Below are positions 48,110 to 59,600 of a stretch of 64,000 bases of DNA, one piece after another. This DNA is from Malacoraja senta (Eukaryota), in the NCBI GenBank assembly GCA_038087875.1, contig JAXLNO010000544.1, positions 1 through 64,000 of the forward strand, given 5' to 3'. Numbering within the stretch: position 1 is the first letter of the stretch; each line of letters starts with the position of its first letter. The notes below the pieces were generated by a model. That model had not been told where the DNA came from and made no database searches. It worked only from the letters and a program-made list of their open reading frames with translations. A program made the position numbers and the translations under genes.

Positions 48110-48660
48110 GCCCACTTGTCTTCACCGCTGTCACTCCTCTTCTGCCGTGCCGGTGGCGGGACTCGAACCGGCGACTCACCGTCCGGGCGACAGCCCAATC
48201 TCCCGCCCTTACAGCCCCGCCCCCTCTGACGCGCGTGGCGGTTAGCCCGGTCTCCTCAGACTCCGCCAACTGGCCCCGCCCTCCCCACGCTGATCCCTCC
48301 CTCCCCACGATGGCACCTCCCACTGGCCCCTCCACACACACTGGCCCCTCCCTCCCCACGCTCTCCCTGCCATCCCACGCTGGCCCCGCCCGACACTACA
48401 CGCGTCACCACGCTGGCCCCGTCCCACACTAGTCTTTGGCCCCGCCCCCACGCTGGCCCCGCCCCGCTCGGGCCCCGCCCTACACTAGTCCCGCCCCCAC
48501 GCTGGTCCCTCCCTCCCTCTGGGCGCGCGCGGCTGCCTGTGTGTTGTCCATTGGTTGCGGGCAGCGGGGTCGCGCCGCCATGGTGGAGGGACCGGGCTGA
48601 ACGCGCGCTGGACGGGCAGCGGGTGCGAGCGGTGAGGCACCGCGGGCGGGACTGGGAGTG
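48110..48660. promoter_or_regulatory. CpG-island, TATA-less promoter upstream of NEIL3, possibly bidirectional
   Basis: High CpG. Repeated GC boxes GGCCCCGCCC (~48272, 48382, 48438, 48455, 48471). CCAAT at ~48195 and ATTGG at ~48550. Kozak GCCGCCATGG at 48574-48583. Minus-strand donor GTGAGT at 48174-48179. Confidence 0.8.
48580..48631 (+). CDS. NEIL3: NEIL3 exon 1 (disrupted)
   Basis: ATG GTG GAG GGA CCG GGC TGA. Removing 4 nt (AACG) restores MVEGPGCALDGQRVRA. Candidate donor GTGAGG at 48632; the 3' boundary is uncertain. Confidence 0.75.
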
Positions 48661-50420
48661 TGAGGTGAAGGGAATGGGTGGGGTGAGAGGAGGAGCAGGT
48701 GAGGGGTGGCTGGGGGGTGGGGGGGTGAGGGGAAAGGGGTGGGTGATGGGGAGAGGGTGAGGGGGTGGTTGTGAGTTGGTGTGAGGGGAGTGGGTGAGGT
48801 TGAGGGGAGGAGTGTGCGGAGGGGTTGAGGAGGGGGCGAGGGATGGAAGGTGAGTAGTGAATGGTGGGGGTGAGGGGTGGAATATGTAGCAATGTTACAA
48901 AATTTTGAGATTTAAAAAATAAAGTCTGCAATTTATCCCATCAGATAAAGCATAAAAAGAAGTTTAATTTGACACTTAATTCACTTTCATATCTTCAGTA
49001 TTAAAAAAGTTATGGCCATTATCATACTCAGAAATTAGCATCTAGTTCCCTATTGCTTTTCCATTGACTTAACACAAAAGCTGTGATCGAGGATAACTTT
49101 CTTAAAAATTATGATAACTGAAAGAAATTTTCAGTTATTATAGATTGAAGCATTCTGAAACAAATATGAAACAATCTTACTTCGAAGACATGAAAGTAAA
49201 GCATATAATTAGTTAGTTACCTAATTGTAGCTAATTACAAAATTCAATTACTAGATCTAAACATCTATCAATTTCTTAAGAATAGATTAACATTTTTAAA
49301 TAGCCTAAGTGTCCAAATAACATTCACACAATAATTCACAATATAACATAATTTTTAAATCTAATTTTCATGAATTTACAGGCCAAATGGAAGAAATTGA
49401 ATGTTTAATACCTGTAAATTAATGGGCATTTAATTCATCTTGCGTTGAGGATTTCTGGAACGCGATCTTTTGGAACGTTCATTTGCGGTGAATTTAACCC
49501 CGTATTGGCATGAAAAATACTGCCGTTAATTCGGGGAATAAAATCACCGTGTCGCATGAAAAAAAGTGAATTAAAGGCCTCTTAAGCAGAACGTTTATAC
49601 ATTAAAATAAGGCACATTCGTTTACCTTTCCCTTGTGTGAAATCCGTCCCCGTTGTAGGCGTTGACGCTTCAGAAGATGATTTTAAAATGATTCCAACGC
49701 TGAACTTGTTGGGAGATTTTTTAAACAAACTACGCAAAACAGCACCCGGAACGATTCTTTCACAGAGGCTGGTACTCCAACAAAATATAATTCAGGACAA
49801 GGGAGGAGAAACCCGCGCTTTAACCCCGCCCCCCCTTAAAGGCGCCAAAATCGCGCACACGGACAGTGGCAGAATTACAGCGCCGCTGAAGGTAAGTATT
49901 GTAACATACCTAGAATATGGGGTTGGTGGTGAGGTGCATGCGGGGTGGATGGCGAGTGGGGAGGGGGTGAAGGGGGGGTGAGGTGAGGGGTAGGGTGGTG
50001 AGGGACAGTGGGTGTGAGTTGGGGTTAGGTTGAGAGGAGGAGTATGGGGTGGGGCGTGATGAAGGAGTGAGGGATGGAAATCTGGGCAAGGGGCGGCGTG
50101 AGGTGAGATGGTGAGGAGTGGATTGCGGGGGGTAGGGGGGCATGAGCGGTGGCTGGTGAGGGGCAGTGGGGGAAGTATAGGGGAGGAGCGTCTGGTGGGG
50201 GTGGGTGGGGTGAGGGGTTGGGTGGGGGTAGTGGGTGAGGTGAAGAGGAGGGGTGAGGTAAGGATGGGTGGATGGTGATGGGCAGATGACGCGGGTGAGG
50301 GTCGAGGTGGTGGTGGGAGTGAGAGCTGGTTGTTTAGGGACAGATGGTGAGAAGTGGAGAGGGTGTTGGTGGTGTGGGGGTGAGGTGAGATGGAGAGGTG
50401 GATGGTGTGGGGCAATGGTC
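48660..50420 (+). repeat. G-rich low-complexity tract (GGGGTGA-like), split by the 1026-bp transposon
   Basis: Dense G-runs at 48660-48880 and 49920-50420. Confidence 0.8.
48887..49912. mobile_element. Non-autonomous DNA transposon (hAT-like TAG termini), 1026 bp, in NEIL3 intron 1
   Basis: TIRs TAGCAATGTTACAA / TTGTAACATACCTA with direct repeat GAATATG on both flanks. The AT-rich body splits a G-rich tract. Confidence 0.8.
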
Positions 50421-50865
50421 ACAGGTCTCAGAGGGGATTGAGTGACCAGGGAGGGCAGGAGTTGGGATGGAGCGTGTTAGGTGACCATTAAGCATAAGGG
50501 GAGGAAAATGGACAGATGAAGCTTCTGCCCGGGACCCTCTTCAGACATTGATTCAGGAGGGTCCCGTAACGCTGTCTGTCCTGCAAAGCAGCAACTCTAC
50601 TGCTGCGCCACCATGTCGCCCCCCTGAGTGAAAAAGTTGGCCTGCAGGGTGATGTATGTGGACAGAGACAACCTTGCCCTTCCCCCTGTAAGTGAGGAGG
50701 AGGCCGCCCAGGGCAGTAAGGTTGGTATGCGAAGGGGAGTTAAAATGGTTAGCAATTATTAATAATTAATTAATTAGCAAAATTATTTGTGGTTGAAATG
50801 AGACGGGAGGTTGGCTTTATTGGATTTCTTTTTGACTTTATGAATGAATGAATAAGTTTAGAATG

Positions 50866-51250
50866 TAGAAACGTACAAAATTCTTAAGGGGTTGGACAGG
50901 CTAGATGCAGGAAGATTGTTCCCAATGTTGGGGAAGTCGAGGACAAGGGGTCACAGTTTAAGGATTAAGGTGAAATCCTTTAGGACCGAGATGAGAAAAA
51001 CATTTTTCACACAGAGAGTGGTGAATCTCTGGAACACTCTACCACATAAGGTAGTTGAGGCCAGTTCATTGGCAATATTTAAGAGGGAGTTAGATGTGGC
51101 CCTTGTGGCTAAAGGGATCAGGGGGTATGGAGAGAAGGCAGGTACAGGATACTGAGTTGGATGATCAGCCATGATCATATTGAATGGCGGTGCAGGCTCG
51201 AAGGGCCGAATGGCCTACTCCTGCACCTATTTTCTATGTTTCTATGTTTC
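50866..51250 (+). mobile_element. CR1 3' end
   Basis: ORF 50892..51155 is nearly identical to 43250..43480; (TTTCTATG)n tail. Confidence 0.9.
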
Positions 51251-51729
51251 TTGGCCAAGTATTCACATACAAGGAATTTGCCTTGGTGCTCTGCCCACCA
51301 GTGACAACATGACATACAGTGACAGTTAAGAATGATACATAAAACATTGAACATTAATAATAAAACATTATTGATTAAACATGTGAATTAAATAAAATAC
51401 CAGGGCAAAAGGAGGCTACAGATTTTTGGTTATTGAGTAGAGCTACTACTCGTGGGAAAAAGCACCACTTAAAACGCCTTGATATCCACACTTTATAGCG
51501 CCAGGAAAACGCCACTCTATATCACCACTTAATATTTAAAACACAAGAATATCTTCATTTTACAACAAGTATTTCGTTTTAATTTCGTTTGAACCGTATG
51601 TTTAAATGACAATAAAAGGCATTCTGATTCTGAAGTAATTCTTCAGTGGGCAGCATTTTCAGCAGGAGAAATGGTTTCATATCAAGACCCTTGCATCACA
51701 AGTTGCATTGTCTTTATCCTTTCCTTCAG

Positions 51730-51855
51730 ATTACTCGGCCAAATGGGCAGTCTGGTGCCGGTCAGAATGCAATCCAGCTGCTGGAAGGCAAAGTATACAG
51801 GTGTGAAGACAATAGGAAAGGAACTTTTCATGTATTTTGGACAAACTGCATTAAG
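51730..51855 (+). CDS. NEIL3: NEIL3 exon 2 (probable internal frameshift)
   Basis: Polypyrimidine tract plus CAG acceptor; GTACTG donor. YTGVKTIGKELFMYFGQTALR includes the conserved Lys. IQLLEGK lies in a different frame. Confidence 0.88.
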
Positions 51856-52499
51856 GTACTGTATCTATTGTAATTTGCTTGAAACAAATAGAAAACAATA
51901 GACAATAGGTGCAGGAGAAGGCCCTTCGAGCCAGCACCACCATTCAATTTGATCTATCACAGTGAGGAGGTGCCTGGTCAGCTCACTGTGGTGGATGTTA
52001 AATTTGTGTTTATTGTGTGTTTTTGTTATTTTTATTATATGTATGACTGCAGGCACGAAATTTCATTCAGACCGAAAGGTCTGAATGACAATAAAGGATA
52101 CTTTACTTTACTTTACAGTCGCTGCCTCAAAAAGGCTGGCAGCATGATCAAGGACCCACACCATCCGGGCCTTACACTCATCTCCCCACTACCTTCAGGT
52201 AGAAGGTACACGAGCCTGAAGACTGCAACGACCAAGTTCAGGAATAGCTACTTCCCCACAGCCATCGGGCTATTAAACTCGGCTCGGACAAAACTCTGAA
52301 CATTAATAGCCCATAATCTGTTTATTTGCTCTTTAGCAGTTTATTTATTCATTTGTGTATATATTTATACAATGGTATATGGACACACTAATCTGTTCTG
52401 TAGTCATGCCTACCATGTTCTGGTGTGCTAAAGCAAAGCAAGAATTTCATTGTCCTATCAGGGACACATGACAATCAACTGTCTTGAACTCTTGATGTG

Positions 52500-53760
52500 A
52501 CCTTTTGATCACATAGAGGCAAAAATGCTGGTGAAACTCAGCGGGGGAGGCCGCATCTATGGAGTGAAGGAATAGACCCTTCTCGACCCGAAATGTCACC
52601 TATTCCTTCGCTCCATAGATGCTGCCTCACCCGCTGAGTTTCTCCAGCATTTTTGTCTACCTTCGATTTTTCCAGCATCTGCAGTTCTTTCTTAAACTTT
52701 TGATCACACATAATAATGTTGCATTCCTGAAACAACATTGGACGGGTATGAATGAGGTTTAGATCCAGCTTTGTTTTGGCTGATTATACAGGTGACCTGT
52801 CCTGAGCTTCCTGAAATGAACGTCTCACCACCAATGGCCATGCTCGAAGATGTTGTTCCTTTTCATCTCCTAAATTAAGAGATGTCCCAGATCAAATGTG
52901 GAAATGTAGAAATGGAAAGTAAAGTTGTCTATCTTTCGCTCCATGTTTAAGAAGGAACTGCAGATGCTGGAAAATTGAAGGTAGACAAAAGTGCTGGAGA
53001 AACTCAGCGGGTGCGGCAGCATCTACGGAGCGAACGAAATAGGAAGGTTTCGGCCCGAAACGTTGCCTATTTCCTTCGGAGTCTGAAGAAGGGTTTCGGC
53101 CCGAAACGTTGCCTATTTCCTTTGCTCCATAGATGCTGCCTCACCCGCTGAGTTTCTCCAGCACTTTTGTCTACCTTTTATTTTTTGCACAAGATTGACA
53201 GATTTGCTGGGCTATTGGATATTACTCTGATGATTACACCAAAGCACCTTGTTTCACTTTATTCAATATTTTGCTGCAGCACAATCATTTTTCTAGTGAA
53301 CAAGTTGAATTTATGGGGAGCACAAAGAATGGGCCCTGATGAATTTAAAGGAAGTGTGGGGAACAAAAGCTGAAGTGATAAATGCTGAACCATTGGGATT
53401 TTCAATCAACAAGCACAGATTATGGGAGTTTTAACGTAAATGTTGACTATTTCTCAGTGATTTTCATATTTATTTAGTTAATGGATCTTCCACTTGCGTA
53501 TGCCATGCACAGCCTAAAGTTGTAAGACAACCTGTTCTGTTTAATGTTAAAGAAGGAACTGCAGATGCTGGAAAATCGTAGGTACACAAAAATGCTGGAG
53601 AAACTCAGCGGGTGCAGCAGCATCTATGGAGCGAAGGAAATAGGTAACGTTTCGGGCCAAAACCCTTCTCCCGAAACGTTACCTATTTCCTTCGCTCCAT
53701 AGACGCTGCTGCACCCGCTGAGTTTCTCCAGCATTTTTGTGTACCTTGTTCTGTTTGATC
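52500..53760. mobile_element. Cluster of three palindromic Penelope pLTR-derived inserts (~52520-52697, 52946-53177, 53546-53746)
   Basis: Inverted GCTGGAGAAACTCAGCGGG / CCCGCTGAGTTTCTCCAGC arms. Flanking direct repeats CTTTTGATCACA and TGTTCTGTTT. Confidence 0.82.
53080..53113 (+). ncRNA. Minimal hammerhead ribozyme-like core, preceded by a partial tandem copy at 53043-53067
   Basis: AGU CUGAAGA A GGGU-UUCG-GCCC GAAA CGUU GCC. Confidence 0.55.
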
Positions 53761-54407
53761 TTCTGTTTGTGCACGCCAGGTTGATTGCATTGCTAACTGT
53801 AGATCCGACATTAATATTTGCTAAGTTACAGGCAACCTTTAACGGTTGAACTGATTGGTAAGGAGGAAAGAGGAAGAGATTTGTAAATCTAATTCATAAT
53901 CTATTGAACACTACGTACTCCAACTGAACGGCAAACTGTCTTGGTTGCATTAAGGACTTCGGGCTTTGTTTTGTTTATCACTATATTGGGTTTTTTAAGT
54001 TATCTATTGAGTACTGTGTTTACAAACCTGGTGTGCTGCTGCAAGTAAGAATTTCATTGTTCCGTTTTGCTACATTTGACAATTAACCATTTTTGACTTG
54101 ACACTTGATAATCCATTTAAGTTTCATTTGAAAAAGAGACATTTTACATTGAAGAGAGTGCTAGCTGCTAATAAAGTTGCTTAGCAGGCAGTCAGAAATT
54201 ATTTTATGCTAGAATATCTAGTGTATTCTTGTTGTCAAGTCATAATATTTATTGAACTTTTTCTTTTTTTTCCTGTTCCCCTGTTATGTACTATGTTTAC
54301 ATATTCACATATTTTCTGGTGTGCTGCAGCAAGTAAGAATTTCATTGTCCCATCTGGGACATATAATAAAACACTCTTGACACTTGACTCATGATATATC
54401 TTTGCAG

Positions 54408-54541
54408 GATACATTTTGGAATGAATGGTTCGATGCAAATCAATTCATCTGAAAGAAAGCGCAGCAGTGGAGCGGCAGGAAGTTTGCAAATTCAGCTAAC
54501 AATGATTTGATATGTTTCTTTGAATCCACATTCAATATCAG
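54408..54541 (+). CDS. NEIL3: NEIL3 exon 3 (1-bp deletion)
   Basis: TTTGCAG acceptor, GTAAAT donor, 134 bp. Reads IHFGMNGSMQINSSERKRSSGAAGSLQIQL, then shifts to NDLICFFESTFNIR. Confidence 0.88.
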
Positions 54542-55681
54542 GTAAATAATTAGTTCATGTTCGGCTTTATTTTTATGCTTTCAGTTTTGTTCATGAAAAT
54601 TTATTTTGCACAGATCCCTGATAAATGTGAGTTCATCATTTGCAAATGTGTAAAACTATTACGTAAAACTGATCAATGATCAGCATACTCAGTCGGCCGA
54701 AGGGCTTGTTTCCATGCTATATCTCTAAAATAAATTAAACTAAGAATCTTTAAACAAAAAACACAATTATATTAATCTTTGTACATAACCTGCATTTTAA
54801 AGCCCAAAACGTTCCAAGAAAGTTGTGTCTATTTTAACATCTTTATTTGAAAGGCAACTCTCACAATGTGGGTACACAAAAGTGCTGGAGAAACTCAGCG
54901 GGTGCAGCAGCATCTATGGAGCGAAGGAAACAGGCAACGATTCGGGCCGAAACCCTTCTTCAGACTGATAGGGGGTACTCACAATGTGGTACTCGCTCAA
55001 TACTGCATGGAATTTGGTCTGGATATCGTCACTAATTCCACAAGAGTACTAATCCTTGGAAGACTTCATGTTACAAATTGCTTTTGAAAATTGAAATTCT
55101 ATTCTGTTGTCTTTGTTTATTAATTTAGTTAGATCAAAATTGCGAGAAATTCACTTTTTAACTTGTGTTTGTAGCTTTACACTGGATAAATTGTTAAGAT
55201 ATTAAGATTAATTTATCGGGACAGACAGCATCTGTGGAGGAAATGGACAGGCGATGTTTTGGGTTGCGATTATTCAGACCTATGTCTGAATTTGATTGAT
55301 TGAAATGGCCCACCGAGTCCATGCCAGCTAGTTCTAGGTTATCCCACTGCCGCATCCATTTCCTATGCACTAGGGGCAATTTACTGAGGCCAATTAACTT
55401 ACAACCCCGCATGTCTTTGGGTAGCCTGTGAGGCAGCAGCTGCACCACTGTGTCACCATTCAATCGAAAGAAGGGTCCCAACCCAAAGTGCTGTCTGTCC
55501 CTCCGCTGATGCTGCATAACCCACTGAGTTCCTTCAGCACTTTGTTTTTTACCTTTAATAACTTGACAGGTTTAATTAAATTTGTTTTGAGAGGATCAGA
55601 TAAACTTTATGAAAAAATGTTATGTAGTTGGGTTTGCAATAAAGGCACCTTAACATTAAGGTATATTGTGTTACCTGCTAG

Positions 55682-55892
55682 GCGTACCTCTGAATGTGAG
55701 GAGAAAGTAAAACTAATGGAAGAGCTGGATGTCTGCTCGGCAAAGTTCAGTCATCCTCGAGCAGAGGAGGATGTGAAGCGACATGGTGCTCACATGTGTG
55801 ATGTGCTGTTGGACCAGTCCATGCTGCCAGGAGTGGGAAATATCATCAAAAACGAAGCAATTTTTGACAGTTATCTCCATCCGGCTGTAAAG
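55682..55892 (+). CDS. NEIL3: NEIL3 exon 4 (H2TH domain), open frame
   Basis: TAG acceptor, GTAAAA donor. Reads RTSECEEKVKLMEELDVCSAKFSHPRAEEDVKRHGAHMCDVLLDQSMLPGVGNIIKNEAIFDSYLHPAVK. Confidence 0.92.
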
Positions 55893-56157
55893 GTAAAACC
55901 CTTGTGCAGCAGCAGGTTTCATTTTAATTTCTTAGAGCCATAGTGATACAGCGTGGAAACAGGCCCTTTAGCCCAATCTGCCCTTACTGACCAAGATGCC
56001 CCATCCACACCGTCCAACATGTACCAGCTGTACCAGCTACCACTAGTCCCACCTGGCCGTGTTTGGCCCATATCACCCCAAAGCCACACTCTTGTCTTCT
56101 AGATCATCCGTCCTTGTCAGTGGGCCAAAATATTGCCGTCCCCAACATCATTATCTT

Positions 56158-56360
56158 AAGGTAGACAAAAGTGCTGGAGAAACTCAGCGGCTGCAGCAGC
56201 ATCTATGGAGCATAGGGAATGGCAATGTTTTGGGCTGAAACCCTTCTTCAGACGGAAACGTTGCCTATTTCCTTCGCTCCATAGCTGCTGCACCCGCTGA
56301 GTTTCTCCAGCATTTTTGTCTACGTTCGATTTTCCAGCATCTGCAGTTCCTTCTTAAACA
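56158..56360. mobile_element. Palindromic Penelope pLTR-derived insert
   Basis: Same inverted arms as the other copies; direct repeat AACATCATTA on both sides. Confidence 0.8.
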
Positions 56361-56389
56361 TCATTAGCTTCAGAATGGATTCACCTAAA

Positions 56390-56592
56390 TGTAAAGAAGC
56401 TATAATGAGGCATCGTTACTTTACTATCTTTATTCATACTGGAGAATTACATATTGCACTAGCTGTACGTGGTCTGTCACAGGAACTAGAGAGCGATCTG
56501 TGGGTGGGGAGGTTGTAGTTATACTTGTGATATGGGAGTGGTTAGTAGGTATGAGGTCACTATGTTAAAGGCACATGCATATATCATCAACA
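56390..56592 (-). repeat. 3' LTR (203 bp); PPT adjacent at 56593-56603
   Basis: Direct repeat of 60912-61115. TCCTTCCCCTT is the reverse complement of AAGGGGAAGGA. Confidence 0.95.
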
Positions 56593-56661
56593 TCCTTCCC
56601 CTTCGAAACGACAGGCAAATACAATGGTGACAGGGCGACCACGGCTCATGCGCTAGGACAG

Positions 56662-59600
56662 TTAAACAAAATCGCCATAGCGGACAGGCGGTTTGACAAG
56701 ACGTCCCGACCGGGTTCGCATCTCGCCATCCTCCGTTCCGGCAGGAAGAAGAGGCACCGATGGGGGCAGACGAACCTGAAAGGGGGAAACGGGAGGAGAC
56801 TGCGGCACTAAAAGCGAAGGTGATGCGGGATCAGGAGCGGGCAGAGCGCGGGCAGGCGAGCGAGGACTAGTCGGAGCAGGGTGGGACGGAAGGAGTTGAG
56901 GTGGTGTAGACCGTTGCATGTTAGGAAGGACGGGCAGATCAACGCCCGGACGCAAAGTCGGCAGTGGGGGAGCAAAGGGATCCGCGGCAGGAGGACGCGG
57001 CTCGTTGACGAGCCGAAGGTGCTGGCGGGACCGTCGGTAAATGGCTCCCGCCTGGTCGACGAGATAGGACCTGGGCGACCCCGCAGAGCCGACGACAGTA
57101 GCGGGCTTGGAGTGACCGGAAGGGGTCTGCATACGGACAACTTGACCGGGGAAGAGGCGCGGCAGCGGGTGGCAGGACCTGTCATGGGAACGCTTTTGGA
57201 CATCGTGCCTGAAGGTAATGCGTTTCTGAACCGCCGCAGGCGGGAGGACGGAGGGTATGAGGGAGCGCTGGGCCACCGGGAGCGGGAGCCTGGTAGCGCG
57301 AGACATGAGCCGTTGAGCCGGGGAACCCACGGCAGAGTCGCGGGAAATGTTGCGGAGGTTGAGGAGGGCCAGATGGAAATCGGAGTTAATGCCACCACAC
57401 TGTTCCAGCAGGTGCTTCGCGCTGCGGACGGCACGCTCGGCCAGACCGTTGCTTTGCGGGTACTCCGGGCTGCTGGTGAAATGGCGGAAGTTCCATCTGG
57501 AAGCGAAAGCTTTAAACTCGGAGCTCGTGAACTGGCTGCCGTTGTCCGACTGCAGGCTTGCCGGGGGGCCAAAAGTGCCAAAATGAGGGTATAACCTGTC
57601 GATGATGGCCGAAGAGGTTAGGGAGTGCAGCCGGTCGACCACAAACCAGCTGGAGTAGGAGTCAACGAGAACCAGGAAGTGTTTGCCTCGCCACTCGAAA
57701 ATGTCGGCGGCAAGCGCCATCCAGGGCAGCTCGGGCGCGGGATGCTGCAGAAAACGGCTGGTGGGGGGCGAGGCTGTTGCAGGTGGAACACGAGGAGACC
57801 CTCTCCCGGATGTATTTGGCCATGCCCGGCTAATAGAACTGGCTCCGGGCGAGAGACACGGTGGCCTCGGCCCCAGGATGACCGCGGTGAGCGACCTGAA
57901 AATAGTGGTCGTGCAGCGCAGCGGGCACGACCACCTTGTGACCCTTCACCACCACGCCGTCGTGTAGTACGAGCTCGTCACGGACCAGGAAGTAGGGCAC
58001 AGCGCCAGCCGGCAGCGCGGAACGACGGTCGGGCCAGCCCCGCTGGATGACGGCAGACAGCTGTTGCAGGGCGGGGTCATTGGTAGTGTGTTCAACCAGT
58101 GACTTCATCTGCTGTGAAGGGACGATGTTCATTTGGAGCACCATTAGATCAGACATCTCATATGGGTGGCGAACGGTGGACGTTAGCGGGGCGCGAGACA
58201 ACGTGTCGGCCACGAACATGTCCTTGCCCTTACGATAAACCACATTGAACGTGAAGCGTTGGAGCTGCAGCATCATGCGCTGCAGGCGGGATGAGGCAAC
58301 ATGGATCGACTTGTTGAGAATGGTGACAAGCGGCTGGTGGTCAGTTTCAATGGTGAAAGTGTTGCCCAGGACGTAGTCTTTGAATTTGGAGCAGGCAAAC
58401 ACCATGGCCAGTAGCTCCTTCTCAATCTGCGCGTAGTGCTGTTCGGTGACGGTCATGGTGCGGGATGCGAAGGAGACAGGCAGCTGTAGGCCGTCATGGA
58501 CCTGGAGACAGGCGGCACCGAGTCCGAACTGAGAGGCGTCGCAGGTGAGGACAATGGGACGCTGCAGGTCAAAAAACTTGAGTGTGGGGGTGCTGATTAG
58601 CTTGGACTTAAGAATGTCGAATGCTTTCTGGTGGTGGGGGAACCAAGCCCAGGACGTGTCCTTTTTTATCAAATCCCTCAGGGGAGCGCTGAGCTCGCTG
58701 AGGTCGGGGATGAACTTCCCCAGGTAGTTTACCATGCCCAGGAAGCGTTGTAGGCCTGCCACATTAGTAGGAGAAGGCATCCCGGAAATGGCAGCCGTTT
58801 TTTGCGGGTCTGGTTTTAACCCCTCGGCGGTGAATACATGTCCAACATAGGTGACCTCCGGGACGCGGAATCGGCACTTCTTGAGGTTCAGTTTCAAGTT
58901 GATTTCCCGGGCCCGGTCCAGGACCTGGCGGAGGTTGACATCGTGTTCGGCAACGTCCTTACCGTACACGAGGATGTCATCAACGATGATGGCGCATGGT
59001 AGACCTGAAAACAGCTGCTCCATTGTCTGTTGAAATACCTAGCTTGCAGAGTTGATTCCGAATGGCATTCGGAGAAACCGAAACCTTCCGAAGGGGGTGG
59101 CGAAAGTTGTCAAAATGGACGACTGCTCGTCCAGTGGTATTTGCCAGAAGGAGCTTTTGGCATCGAGGACAGAAAAAAACGTTGCCGGACCAACCTGTGC
59201 AGCGACTTCTTCTACCGTTCTCATAGGGTAGTGCGGGCGTCTAATAGCCAGGTTGAGGTCTTTGGGGTTGATGCAGATGCGTATCTCGCTCTTGTCCTTT
59301 TTCGCGGCAACAACCATGGAAGAGACCCACCTGGTGGGCTCGATGACCGCCTTTAGGATGCCCATTTTTACCATACTGTGTAGTGTCGACTGCACTTTGT
59401 CCTTCATGGCGAAGGAGACACGGTGAGGTGTATTGACCACTGGATCGACCCTACGGTCCACTACAATCTTGTAGCTGCAGGGTAGTTTGCCTAGCTCATC
59501 ATCAAAGCGGTCGGGATATTCGGCCAGCGGGTCCATGAGGGCCTGCACCTGGTGGATGTCACGGTGGAAGGATACCAGGCCCATTTCCTGGCATGCCCGG

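Larger units (their letters stand above)
48580..55892 (+). pseudogene. NEIL3: NEIL3 (endonuclease VIII-like 3) exons 1-4, disrupted in this sequence; later exons not seen in the window
   Basis: Four spliceable exons with MVEGPG, GKELFMYFG, IHFGMNG and the H2TH motif LLDQSMLPGVGNIIKNE. In-frame TGA at codon 7; frameshift in exon 3. Confidence 0.8.

Noticed and set aside
48148..48170. tRNA-like T-arm/B-box GGTTCGAGTCCCGCCACCGGCA on the minus strand
   Set aside because: No matching acceptor-stem 5' strand, D-arm or anticodon arm upstream.
48598..48600. TGA at the NEIL3 Cys7 position as selenocysteine or readthrough
   Set aside because: Downstream homology (ALDGQRVRA) is in another frame, so the TGA is a by-product of a 4-nt insertion.
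48485..50422. Pro/His-rich minus-strand ORFs
   Set aside because: Antisense translations of the G-rich intronic tract.
56808..58050. Long overlapping or antisense ORFs inside the Gypsy integrase (possible env or accessory gene)
   Set aside because: Shadow frames of GC-rich coding sequence. There is no signal peptide or transmembrane pattern, and no space between IN and the PPT.
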